Source: an uncultured Spartobacteria bacterium
Lineage (GTDB): Bacteria > Verrucomicrobiota > Verrucomicrobiia > Chthoniobacterales > JAATET01
Direction of reading: 5' to 3'
Length of the DNA: 64,000 bases
Assembly (NCBI GenBank): GCA_938011325.1
Contig: CALLUD010000010.1
Location: 21,724-85,723, forward strand
The notes under the pieces are model-generated. The model was not told the DNA's origin. It ran no database searches and was given only the letters and a program-made list of their open reading frames with translations. A program made the translations under genes and the position numbers. Shown one piece after another: positions 31,897 to 40,499 of the stretch. The stretch's first letter is position 1. The number at the start of each line of letters is the position of its first letter.

Positions 31897-34131
31897 CTAC
31901 TGGACGAGTTCAGGTTTCGGATCGTTGACTCCCGGAAGCTCCGCGCGGCGAATCGGCGCCGGCTGATCAAACATGCCTTCCTTGAAGCTCGTGTTCGCGC
32001 GCTCGATGTAATTGACCTCCTTCAGCGCCACGTCGGAATCGACGATGAACGGCTGGATCATGATGATGAGCTCGCGCCGCGTAACGCCTTTTTGGGTCGT
32101 GCCGAAAAAGTAGCCGAGTCCCGGGATGTCCTTGAGAAACGGAATGCCGGTCTGCAAGCGCGTTTCCTCGTCGCTGATCAAGCCGCCAAGCACGATCGTG
32201 CTGCGATTGGGAACGGTGACCGTCGTGTTCAGCACCTGCGTGCCGATGACCGGCACCTGGTTGCCCGAAATCTCCCGGTTCTCCTGCAGGTTGTCGTTCT
32301 TCTGCTTGATGTTCAGCGTGACCTCGTGGTTCGAGTTGATCAACGGTCGCACCTCGAGCTCGAGCACGACGTTCTTGTAATCGATGTTCGATGCGATCGA
32401 ATTGCCGAGCGTGTTCACGTTGTTCACGTCGATTGCGGAGGTGAGCGTGCTCGTCGGGACCGGCACCTGCTGACCCGAGGCAATGACCGCCGACTGTCCG
32501 TTGGCCGTGTAAACCGTGGGCGCGGAGATCACCTCGAATTTGTTCGTGCTGTCGAGGGCGCGAACGAGAAAGTCCACCGAGTTTCCAATCGCGCCAAAGA
32601 CGGTCAGGCCCGACAGCGCGGGAATCGCCGCCGTGGCGGCCTCCGCGGCGGTGGCAACCACATCGTCTGTGCCGGGAACGATGTCGAACGAGCCGTTGCG
32701 ATAGGCGAGCAGATTGCTGATGTCCGACGCCGACCCGCTGCCGAGAAACTTCACGTCGCCGGCCTTGATGAGGTAATCGACGCCAAACTCGATGTTGTCG
32801 CCGAGCGTGAGCTGGCCGATCACGCATTTCAGGTAAACCTGCTTCGGTCGCTGGTCGAGCATCGAGAGCACCTGCCGTGCCTTCTCACGCGACTCCGGCG
32901 GACCAAACACAATGATCTTGTTCACGCTGCGGTCGGCAATGATGCGCGAGTTGCCGACGATCACCGATTGCGGGGCCGTGTCCTGAGCCTGAAAAGTCGT
33001 GTTTCCCGAAAGGCTCACTCCACCGCTGCCACCGAGTGAATTCGAACCGAATCCACTGTCGTTGAAATCGTTCGACCGGTTGCTTCCGCCACCCTGATTG
33101 TTGTTCTCGCCGCCGACAATCTCGGGCTTGCCGCTCTTCTCGTCGTCGCCCTCGACCAGCAGATTGGCGAGCACCGGCAACACCTCCTCGGCGCGAACGA
33201 AGCGAAGCGGAATCTCCAGCGGCTCTTCGAAACCGACACCCATGTCGAGATTCTCGATGATCGACGAGATGGTCGGCATGCGGCTCTCCGGCGCGGAAAC
33301 GATCACGCGATTCGTGCGCGTGTCCGCGAAAATCTGGATCTTTTGCGGCAGCGAAGAAACAAACTGGCCGGGCGAGGAAGCGTCCGGAGCCTGCACCGGC
33401 TGACCGTTTTCGTCCGTCACCTGGGGTTGCGGGGGCACGCTGCCGGGCTGTGCGGGCGAGCTTTCATCCGGCTTCTCGAACATTTCCTTCAAAATCTCCG
33501 CGACCTTTTCGGCATTCGCCCGCTCGAGCACGAAAAACTCGGTGATGGTTCGCGCGCCTTCCACGTCGATCACGTTCTTCAGCGCGATGAGACGACGCAC
33601 CAGCGTCGACGTTTCCGTGATGACCAGCGCATTCACGTTCGGGACGGCGACAATGGATCCCAGATTTGGCCGCACCTGCACATATTGATTGAAGATGGTC
33701 AGGGCGTCCTCGCTCTTGAGGTAGCGGAACGGCATGAAGTAACTGACAATTTCCTCCTTTTCGGGCAGTTGCTCCGGGTTTGTGTAAAGCGGCACCCCTT
33801 CGCTCTTCGCCTGCTTTCCGGTGCCCAGCAGCTTCGCGGTCTTGTCGTCCACATTGACGATCGAAAATCCGTTCAAAAGCAGCGCCGACTCCAGCAGGGC
33901 GATCGCCTGATCCCGTGGAATCTGGCCCGGCACGACGATGGAGAGCTTTCCAACTCCGGCCAGATTCGCATCGCGAATCAGCGTCTTTCCCGAAAGCATT
34001 TCGTAGAGATTGGCGACCTCGGTGACGTCGTTTCCGGGCAACTGAACGTGGACCATGTCGTTGTTCGTCTGAGCCGGAAGATTCAGTGGCAGCGCGAACA
34101 ACGCGAGAAGGAGGAGAACGCGGGGAAGCAT
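31897..34131 (-). CDS. gspD: type II secretion outer-membrane secretin GspD
   Basis: 744 aa from the ATG at 34131, with signal peptide MLPRVLLLLALFALPLNLPAQT. An N0-like domain is present (NDVTEVANLYEMLSGKTLI). The C-terminal secretin core contains TVTVPNRSTIVLGGLISDE...IPFLKDIPGLGYFFG. A Gly/Ser/Asn-rich linker (GGENNNQGGGSNRSNDFNDSGFGSNSLGGSGG) is noted. Confidence 0.9.
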   Translation of the reverse strand: MLPRVLLLLALFALPLNLPAQTNNDMVHVQLPGNDVTEVANLYEMLSGKTLIRDANLAGVGKLSIVVPGQIPRDQAIALLESALLLNGFSIVNVDDKTAKLLGTGKQAKSEGVPLYTNPEQLPEKEEIVSYFMPFRYLKSEDALTIFNQYVQVRPNLGSIVAVPNVNALVITETSTLVRRLIALKNVIDVEGARTITEFFVLERANAEKVAEILKEMFEKPDESSPAQPGSVPPQPQVTDENGQPVQAPDASSPGQFVSSLPQKIQIFADTRTNRVIVSAPESRMPTISSIIENLDMGVGFEEPLEIPLRFVRAEEVLPVLANLLVEGDDEKSGKPEIVGGENNNQGGGSNRSNDFNDSGFGSNSLGGSGGVSLSGNTTFQAQDTAPQSVIVGNSRIIADRSVNKIIVFGPPESREKARQVLSMLDQRPKQVYLKCVIGQLTLGDNIEFGVDYLIKAGDVKFLGSGSASDISNLLAYRNGSFDIVPGTDDVVATAAEAATAAIPALSGLTVFGAIGNSVDFLVRALDSTNKFEVISAPTVYTANGQSAVIASGQQVPVPTSTLTSAIDVNNVNTLGNSIASNIDYKNVVLELEVRPLINSNHEVTLNIKQKNDNLQENREISGNQVPVIGTQVLNTTVTVPNRSTIVLGGLISDEETRLQTGIPFLKDIPGLGYFFGTTQKGVTRRELIIMIQPFIVDSDVALKEVNYIERANTSFKEGMFDQPAPIRRAELPGVNDPKPELVQ

Positions 34132-34135
34132 GAAG

Positions 34136-34774
34136 TTATTTCTGGATATTGACGGGCGGACGGATGATCCGCTTTGCCGCGTTGGGCGGCGTGGGCGCGG
34201 GATTGCCATTGTTGGGTGGCGGTGGAACCGCGGCGCCCGTCGGCCGCATCGGAGGCGTCTGCGGGGCGGTTCCCTGCAACGGGCGAACAATCTGCGGCTC
34301 CGTCGCCGGAGTGGTCGAGGCGTCCGCGGTGGGCTGCGGAATGGCCATGTGTGCGCTCACCTGGAACACCGATGGATCGAACGAGAGGGAGGCCTGCTCC
34401 GTCCCCTGGCGGATCGTCACGGCGGAATTGCGAGCATCCTCGTTCACGACAATGGAAACCACTTCGAGGCCTTCGCCATTGGGCTCGCCGGCCACTACCG
34501 TAAGCGGCAGAAGCGAACGCTTGTCCCGCAGAAACACGACGGGCTTGCCCGCGACCTCAGCGATGCCGGTCAGCGCATATTTCGCCGCGAGTCCGGCGGA
34601 ATCCTCGACGGCCTTCGTCTCCACGATAAAAGGCGAGCGTTCCCAGATCGTGGAAAATTCCTCCACGGGCGGCAGCTCGGGCGCAAAAACATCCGTGCCG
34701 GAATCCGCGAAGATGCCTGCAGGGCTCATTCCCACCACGAGCAGGAACGTCGAAATGAAAGTGCGCAAACTCAT
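34136..34774 (-). CDS. GspC/PilP-like homology-region protein with Pro-rich C-terminal tail
   Basis: 212 aa with an N-terminal signal/anchor (FISTFLLVVGMSPAGIFA). An HR-like beta segment follows (YALTGIAEVAGKPVVFLRDKRSLLPLTVVAGEPNGEGLEVVSIVVNEDARNSAVTIRQG). No PDZ or coiled-coil domain is present. It sits between gspM and gspD. Confidence 0.45.
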   Translation of the reverse strand: MSLRTFISTFLLVVGMSPAGIFADSGTDVFAPELPPVEEFSTIWERSPFIVETKAVEDSAGLAAKYALTGIAEVAGKPVVFLRDKRSLLPLTVVAGEPNGEGLEVVSIVVNEDARNSAVTIRQGTEQASLSFDPSVFQVSAHMAIPQPTADASTTPATEPQIVRPLQGTAPQTPPMRPTGAAVPPPPNNGNPAPTPPNAAKRIIRPPVNIQK

Positions 34775-35313
34775 GGAGAAACGGCCATTTCGCTGGTCGT
34801 GAAGACCTTCCCCAAGACAACGTTAAGTTCCATCGTATTGCCGTCCTCCGCCTTCTTCAACGTGAATTTCCTCAGGAACTGATCATCTCCGGGCTTCTGG
34901 ACGGAGTAAATCCAGCGCGTCATCGCCTCGAGCGAGCCCTTCATGTCCAGCTCGATGAGCGTCGTGACGAGCTGTCCGGAACGCTCGAGCGGCAGGAGAG
35001 TGTTCCGCGTGAGGGTAAGCCCGTGCCGTTCGACCGACGACCGGACGGTTTCGGTAAATTCCGGACCCGAGCGCTGTTCGTTGAAGACCTCCAGCGGGTG
35101 CTCGACGAGCCATTGCTTGCGCGCCATCCAGTAGGGCTTCTCCTCGAGGAGCAGGCGGACCTGTGCATTCTCGGCCTTGAGCCGCGCGACGGTCATCTTG
35201 GAAGCCCGAATCTGCTGCGCGATCCAGCGCACACCGATCAGGTTCGCCGCGAGAAACACGACAGTGGCGAGAACGGTCGCGAGCATGCGCTCCTTGGGAG
35301 TCAGCGCTCTCAT
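34771..35313 (-). CDS. GspM/PilO-like type II secretion inner-membrane protein
   Basis: 180 aa. It has a single N-terminal TM (MLATVLATVVFLAANLIGV), a coiled segment and a ferredoxin-like periplasmic part. It has 4-nt overlaps with both neighbours. Confidence 0.55.
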   Translation of the reverse strand: MRALTPKERMLATVLATVVFLAANLIGVRWIAQQIRASKMTVARLKAENAQVRLLLEEKPYWMARKQWLVEHPLEVFNEQRSGPEFTETVRSSVERHGLTLTRNTLLPLERSGQLVTTLIELDMKGSLEAMTRWIYSVQKPGDDQFLRKFTLKKAEDGNTMELNVVLGKVFTTSEMAVSP

Positions 35314-36554
35314 GGCGTCGTCCCCTCCGCAGCCAGCGCACCGATCTCCGGCAGAATCTGACCCTTCATTCGAAAACTCGCGACCCCGGTTTGCTTGAGG
35401 GTCGGGAGCGCGTTATCCCACGTAATGTTGGCCAGCTCCTCCGATTTCTCGACCGCCTCGTAAAAGGAGGCGGCGAGCGGGTAGTTGTCCGCCTCCCCTT
35501 CAATCCAGATCTGGTCGCCCTCGATGCTGAACTTCGTAAGCCGGATCCCGCTCGCGGGAAGGGCCGCGACCACGTTGCGCAGAATCTCGAGCGGATACGT
35601 GTCGGTCTCGGCGGTCGGCGCGATCATGCTCCATTCCCGGGCGATCGACTCGAACGTCGCCACCTCGGCATTCAGCGCCTTCGACTCCGCGAGGAGTCGC
35701 GATGCCTGGAACTTCAGATACCCGAAATACGCGCCAAACACGACGATCAACGCGACGTAAGCCGCCGCCACCGCGAGCACCAGCGTGCGCACCCGCTCGC
35801 GCTGCGCCCTTGCCGCGCTGGCCTGCACGGCCTGTGGGGGACGCCATTCAAACTTCGCCCGTTCCAGCACCGGCAGGGGTTCGATCACCGCTTCCGACGA
35901 AGCCGTCCAGCCGGACGGAGCCACCCGGGCGGCCGCAAGGCCCTCGACCCAGCTAATAACTTTTAACGGTCCGGAAAGAATGCCCTCGCCCTGAAGTCGC
36001 AATGCCATCAGGCCAATCCAGGTCCGCATTTCGTCGGCTCCCGCATCGCGATCGATCGTCTCCCAGTAAACGACATCATTTCCCCGCCTGAACGCCGCGA
36101 CGATGTCGCCTTCCTCCCGCCAGAGCGTCACCGAATCCGCCGGCAACGGAAGCAGAAAGGGCGATGCTTCGAATCGCTCCGTTCCATCGATGGCCGGCTC
36201 CTCGGGCCACTCCCCGGGAAACGCGGCCGCCACCACGAGCGTGCGCGCTTCCTCCGGGCGAAGCCGCAACGTGATTCCGTCGGCCCCCTGCCCGCGCGGC
36301 AAAAGGCCCCTCAGATCGAGTTCCAGACGCGCCGCCTCGACGACCAGTGATTCGTCATTCCCTTCGATCCACAACGCCGACGCGATCACACGCCGCGCGG
36401 GAACGGCAATGATCCGCCGTGCTTCCGTGACAAGCGGATCACCAATTCCGCCCAACCGCTGCGCAGCTCCGCCATCAGGCGCGAGTTTCCACGCCTGCCA
36501 GACATCATCGTAAAGCCGGAGGACCACCTCCGCTGCGGGACCGCGTCGATTCAT
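35310..36554 (-). CDS. GspL-like bitopic assembly protein (cytoplasmic domain + TM + PilN-like periplasmic domain)
   Basis: About 414 aa from the ATG at 36554, which overlaps the gspK stop (ATGA). The central TM is LVLAVAAAYVALIVVFGAYFGYL. A PilN/GspL-type periplasmic domain follows (LEILRNVVAALPASGIRLTKFSIEGDQIWIEGEA). Confidence 0.55.
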   Translation of the reverse strand: MNRRGPAAEVVLRLYDDVWQAWKLAPDGGAAQRLGGIGDPLVTEARRIIAVPARRVIASALWIEGNDESLVVEAARLELDLRGLLPRGQGADGITLRLRPEEARTLVVAAAFPGEWPEEPAIDGTERFEASPFLLPLPADSVTLWREEGDIVAAFRRGNDVVYWETIDRDAGADEMRTWIGLMALRLQGEGILSGPLKVISWVEGLAAARVAPSGWTASSEAVIEPLPVLERAKFEWRPPQAVQASAARAQRERVRTLVLAVAAAYVALIVVFGAYFGYLKFQASRLLAESKALNAEVATFESIAREWSMIAPTAETDTYPLEILRNVVAALPASGIRLTKFSIEGDQIWIEGEADNYPLAASFYEAVEKSEELANITWDNALPTLKQTGVASFRMKGQILPEIGALAAEGTTP

Positions 36555-37453
36555 TCCTCCTGCCAATCAATCAAAGTCGAATCGCGATTCCTCTCGCCGA
36601 CATCCGCGATCACTGCAATCCGATAATCGATGCCGCCGAGTTTTGCCGTGCTCTCGATGCGCGTCGGACCGGAGTTCGCCGAGAACCGCGCGGCAATCGT
36701 CTCCGCATTGAAAACGCCGAGCTGTCGCAGGAATTCACGGGCATCCTTGATGATGAGGTCGTCCGCCGTCTGGGCAATCCCGTCCGGCCCGCGACGCAGT
36801 TCGTCGATTTGCTCGGCCTGGTCGATCGGAATTCCGCACGCCCGCATCACATCGATCGAGGCATCCTGCAGGTCCACGGTGCGGCCGCCATGCACGGTAA
36901 AGTATTCAGCCCAGTTCGGCTTAACGGCGGCGACAACATCCATTCCCTTTACCTTCTCCATCTCGTCAACGGAACGAAAGTCCCGATTCGCGGGGATCGA
37001 ATATTGCGGTTGATCGACCAGATCCTGGGCCTCCGCGCCATTCAACGAGGTGAGGTCGTCATGGTCCACCCAGTCCGAAAGGCAGTCGACAATGGTGCTG
37101 ATGAACTCCTCCGGCACTTCCCAGATTTTGAAAAGCTCCTTCAAGGTCCGGTGCCCCTCCTCGCGGAGCAGGTGATTGATGTCGAGTCGCGACGCCTCGC
37201 TCATGATCCGCACCTCCAGCTCGGCGCCGTCCGGACTCTTCGATCGCAACAGCGAGTCCCAGCGCTTCATTCGCGGATGCAACCCATAGGCCACGCCCGT
37301 AAGCGCCAGCTGCCGCGCCTCGAAGCGGCGGCTTTGCAACGTCTGCATCTGAACGTCCGTCTCGACCATGCGCGCCACGGCAAGAACGGTGATCGACAGC
37401 ACCGCGACACACCACAGCGTCAGCAACAAGGCACTGGCTCGCCGGCGGTTCAT
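36551..37453 (-). CDS. gspK: type II secretion minor pseudopilin GspK
   Basis: 300 aa. The N-terminus MNRRRASALLLTLWCVAVLSITVLA is a GspK-type hydrophobic segment lacking Glu+5. The large helical insertion domain typical of GspK is present. Confidence 0.7.
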   Translation of the reverse strand: MNRRRASALLLTLWCVAVLSITVLAVARMVETDVQMQTLQSRRFEARQLALTGVAYGLHPRMKRWDSLLRSKSPDGAELEVRIMSEASRLDINHLLREEGHRTLKELFKIWEVPEEFISTIVDCLSDWVDHDDLTSLNGAEAQDLVDQPQYSIPANRDFRSVDEMEKVKGMDVVAAVKPNWAEYFTVHGGRTVDLQDASIDVMRACGIPIDQAEQIDELRRGPDGIAQTADDLIIKDAREFLRQLGVFNAETIAARFSANSGPTRIESTAKLGGIDYRIAVIADVGERNRDSTLIDWQEE

Positions 37454-38079
37454 TCGCGCCCTCCCCGGCCTCTTTGCAGAGGCGGCAGCCAGTATTCCTG
37501 CACGGTTTCCTCATCCGTCGAGAGCTGCATGCTCAACTCGGCGATGCCGGGCCGGCCATTCGCGGCGGTCCAGGTTTCCGAGTAAATGGGATTCCGCGCC
37601 GGGGCAAAACGCCACCGCACCTTTCTCACATCCGGCAGCAATCGCAGCCACGGACCGTCAGCCAGATCCCGGTCGCGCTCGTTCGGGCCGTCCTCCGCCC
37701 TGAAATAACCGATCGACATCACGTAGCTGCCCTTCCCATCAGGCAGCGCCGTGAGCGCGATCCCGTCCTTTTCATTGCGGCCAAACTTGAGAAATCCCGG
37801 CACCGGCCACGCCAGCACCTCGATTACGTCGCCCAAACCCTCGACCTGACGCACGCGCAATTCCACTTTCGCATCCGCGGGAAGGTTCGTGAAAAACCGC
37901 CGCACGAGATTCCGGAAGGCGTCCATGCGCTCCGACTCGAGCTGTTCCTCGACAATGGCCGTCGAAGCGTCGAATCCCGCGCGCACCGAGGCGAAGATCC
38001 CGCCGGCGAGCAGCGCGAAGATGGCAATGGCCATCAGGACCTCGACCAGCGTAAACGCGACTGTTCCCCGCCGTCTCAT
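37450..38079 (-). CDS. GspJ-like minor pseudopilin (prepilin-type N-terminal methylation domain)
   Basis: 209 aa from the ATG at 38079, which overlaps the gspI stop (ATGA). The N-terminus is MRRRGTVA/FTLVEVLMAIAIFALLAGG. Note Ala rather than Gly at position -1. Confidence 0.65.
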   Translation of the reverse strand: MRRRGTVAFTLVEVLMAIAIFALLAGGIFASVRAGFDASTAIVEEQLESERMDAFRNLVRRFFTNLPADAKVELRVRQVEGLGDVIEVLAWPVPGFLKFGRNEKDGIALTALPDGKGSYVMSIGYFRAEDGPNERDRDLADGPWLRLLPDVRKVRWRFAPARNPIYSETWTAANGRPGIAELSMQLSTDEETVQEYWLPPLQRGRGGRE

Positions 38080-38486
38080 TCGTTTCGATAGATCAGGTGG
38101 GACACGGTCCACTTCTGCTCGCCACCGTCCTCGACCCATTCGGCTCCCACACTCAACCGCCAGAAGCCGCGCAGCACCGTCTGCTCATCATCCTCGATTT
38201 CCTCGCGTTGGACGCGTTCGATGTAAACGACGCCATTGAACTCCTCCTTGTTCTCGAACTCCCGCAACGCGCCGACCGACAGCCGGGCCAGACGATCCTG
38301 CATCTCGTTGCGAACCTCGGCCTCGCGTTTCGTCGCATTCGCGGCGCTCAGTGTCGTGTTCAGCGCAAGCATCAGCCCGATCACGGCAAACGCGAATACG
38401 CCAAGTGCCGCCAGCACCTCGACAAGCGTGAAGCCACGAGCCGATTTTCCCAAGACGCTACAACGCATACCGCTCATCCGCGACAC
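38076..38486 (-). CDS. GspI-like minor pseudopilin
   Basis: 136 aa. KSARG/FTLVEVLAALGVFAFAVIGL is a canonical G/FTLxE prepilin motif. Alternative Met starts lie at 38477 and 38468. Confidence 0.65.
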   Translation of the reverse strand: MSRMSGMRCSVLGKSARGFTLVEVLAALGVFAFAVIGLMLALNTTLSAANATKREAEVRNEMQDRLARLSVGALREFENKEEFNGVVYIERVQREEIEDDEQTVLRGFWRLSVGAEWVEDGGEQKWTVSHLIYRNE

Positions 38487-38934
38487 GTCCGGTAAGGATA
38501 TCGAAATCGGCCTCTATCCACGAATCGCCCTCCTCCAACCGCACCGTCCACGGCGTCACAAGGCCGGTGGGCGAAAACTCCCACTGCTGTCCGGCAGGTT
38601 TCTGCCAGTCGTCGCCCGGCAGTTTTACGGACAGCTCGACCTCCCTGGGCAGGGAAATGACCTCCCCTTCCTCGGGCACGCCAAGTCCCGTTCGGCGGAT
38701 CTCCAGCACCTGCCGGCGCCCCTCCAGTTGAGCCCGATACCGCTCGGCGCGCACCTGCTCCGCAATCGCCTCGACGGTTTCGCGCAGGCGCCGCTCGCGA
38801 ATCGATGGACCCACCATCGGGATCAATGCCGCAAAGACGATCCCGATGAGGGCGACCACAAGCATGATCTCGAGGAACGTGAATCCCCCGAGCGAAACGG
38901 ACCTTGGAACTGTTCTTTTAACGGCCGACATCAT
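38458..38934 (-). CDS. GspH-like minor pseudopilin
   Basis: About 158 aa from the tandem ATGs at 38934/38931, with SLGG/FTFLEIMLVVALIGIVFAAL. The longer track ORF (to 39054) is a shadow over gspG. Confidence 0.6.
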   Translation of the reverse strand: MMSAVKRTVPRSVSLGGFTFLEIMLVVALIGIVFAALIPMVGPSIRERRLRETVEAIAEQVRAERYRAQLEGRRQVLEIRRTGLGVPEEGEVISLPREVELSVKLPGDDWQKPAGQQWEFSPTGLVTPWTVRLEEGDSWIEADFDILTGRVADERYAL

Positions 38935-39337
38935 CCTCGCTCGGGACGCCATCCGGGCCCAGCGAGTAGAGCGCATACTTGGTGGGATCGTTCTTGCTGG
39001 GATACTCGTATTGGTAGGGACGCCCCCATGGATCGACCGGCACCTTGTCCACAAGTTTCTTCCAGCGCGGGGGTTTTGGCTCGGAAGTGGGCATGGTGAC
39101 CAGCGCCTCCAACCCCTGCGCGGTCGTCGGATACGTCATGTTCCGCATCTGATACATCTGGAGCGCCGAGGCGATCGCCTGTTTGTCGGTTTCCACACGC
39201 TGCTCCTTGGCCTCGTCGACAACACCTCCGAGCATGTAAATCGCCGAGCCGACCAGCACGGCAATGATGCCCAGCACGAGCATGATCTCAAACAGGGTGT
39301 AAGCCGCATCGCGGCGGAGGGGAGACGGTTTTTTCAT
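38918..39337 (-). CDS. gspG: type II secretion major pseudopilin GspG
   Basis: 139 aa. The N-terminus is MKKPSPLRRDAA/YTLFEIMLVLGIIAVLVG. The GspG-specific C-terminal block is DPWGRPYQYEYPS...YALYSLGPDG. Confidence 0.85.
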   Translation of the reverse strand: MKKPSPLRRDAAYTLFEIMLVLGIIAVLVGSAIYMLGGVVDEAKEQRVETDKQAIASALQMYQMRNMTYPTTAQGLEALVTMPTSEPKPPRWKKLVDKVPVDPWGRPYQYEYPSKNDPTKYALYSLGPDGVPSEDDVGR

Positions 39338-39360
39338 GGATCAATAATGGATGCTAAAGT

Positions 39361-40392
39361 CTAATCCGCAACAGGAGTCGCCGTAATATCCACAGGCTCG
39401 GGCTGCGGCAACTCCGGTTTCGGAGCCGGCTCGGGTTCCTCGGCAGCTTCCGCCGAGAAAATCTCCAGCGCCGTGTCGCGAAGGTAAACCTCCTTGCCAG
39501 GCGCCTCGAGCACGATCGAGTTCTCGCCGTCCTTCAACGCACCCGGCTCCAGAAACAGCGACCCCTCCCGCCAGCCGGCGAAGATCGCCTTCCCGTCCTT
39601 TCGCAGGAATCCCGGATCGGTGAGGCTGGGAATCTCGGGCACGATTCGGCCGGCGAGTTTTCCGTTGATCCACACTTTCACGGGGCGCCCCAGCGGCAAA
39701 CCCAGAAATCGGGCCCGCAGCCGCGCCTCGCCGGAATCACCCTTCATCGGCACAACAAACTCCACGGCTTCCGACAAATCCGCGACGCCATCCTGCAATG
39801 CCGCATCGAGCACCGGACCAAACCACACATCGGGCGGTGCCAGCATCGCGTCCCCCTCCAGCTCGCGCGACAGCATCACGTCGCCACCCATTAGAAACGC
39901 CGGCCGCTCGCGATCCACGGCCACAAAGGTCGGTGTCGGCGCACACCAGTCGATCCGCACCCGGAGCAGCTGTTTCTGCCGCCCCATCACAAACAGCCGG
40001 CCCGATTCCTCGAGCACCTCGTCAGGCAATGCGATGGTGCGGCGGTTCAATCCCCGCACGCCTTCGGCGAGGTCTTCGACCAGCGTGATCTGCTTGTCGC
40101 TCACATCGCCCGACCAGAAGACCGCCGGTCCACGCTCGCCATCCTCTTCGAAAATGAACGTTACGAAAATCCGTTCTCCCTTTCGCGCGCGCCGCAGCAG
40201 GAACTGCGTGTAGCCGACTCCCTCCGGCGTCATTACCTGTCGCGGCTTTCCGCTCAATCCTCGGGCCGTGATCCGCGCCTTCTTGATCGGAAAGTCAATC
40301 GAGACAAAGTCGTCCCCACGGGCAAAGCCGGCAGCCAGGCAAAGGGCCGCGGTCAGCCCGGCACCATGGCGCCACAGGCGGGGAATCAGCAT
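39361..40392 (-). CDS. secreted hypothetical protein, first gene of the T2SS operon
   Basis: 343 aa with a signal-like N-terminus (GLTAALCLAAGFARG). The body is beta-rich with a Pro/Glu-rich tail (AEEPEPAPKPELPQPEPV). It ends 23 nt before the gspG start. I do not recognise a family. Confidence 0.6.
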   Translation of the reverse strand: MLIPRLWRHGAGLTAALCLAAGFARGDDFVSIDFPIKKARITARGLSGKPRQVMTPEGVGYTQFLLRRARKGERIFVTFIFEEDGERGPAVFWSGDVSDKQITLVEDLAEGVRGLNRRTIALPDEVLEESGRLFVMGRQKQLLRVRIDWCAPTPTFVAVDRERPAFLMGGDVMLSRELEGDAMLAPPDVWFGPVLDAALQDGVADLSEAVEFVVPMKGDSGEARLRARFLGLPLGRPVKVWINGKLAGRIVPEIPSLTDPGFLRKDGKAIFAGWREGSLFLEPGALKDGENSIVLEAPGKEVYLRDTALEIFSAEAAEEPEPAPKPELPQPEPVDITATPVAD

Positions 40393-40398
40393 CGCGCG

Positions 40399-40427
40399 AA
40401 TATAGCGACGGAAAGATTCTGAAACAA
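40399..40427 (-). promoter_or_regulatory. candidate sigma-70 promoter giving a leaderless transcript for the first T2SS-operon gene
   Basis: The minus strand reads TTGTTT-17 nt-TATATT-CGCGCG-ATG. The spacer length is ideal, and the -10 hexamer ends 6 nt before the ATG at 40392. Confidence 0.35.
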
Positions 40428-40499
40428 GCCTCCGGACGGCGCTCCCGACGGTCGAAAATCCCTCGCCAACACTGTTCGTAGTGGCAGTATCTCGCGAGC

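Noticed and set aside
34132-34290. A 53-aa N-terminal extension of the secretin ORF (MFARCREPPRRRL...).
   Set aside because: It is Arg/Pro-rich, overlaps the upstream gene, and a canonical signal peptide begins at the internal ATG at 34131.
40478-40496. TGGCAGTATCTCGCGAGC before the GH3 gene looked like a sigma-54 -24 element.
   Set aside because: The -12 position reads CG rather than GC and no TTGC is present, so the spacing and consensus fail.
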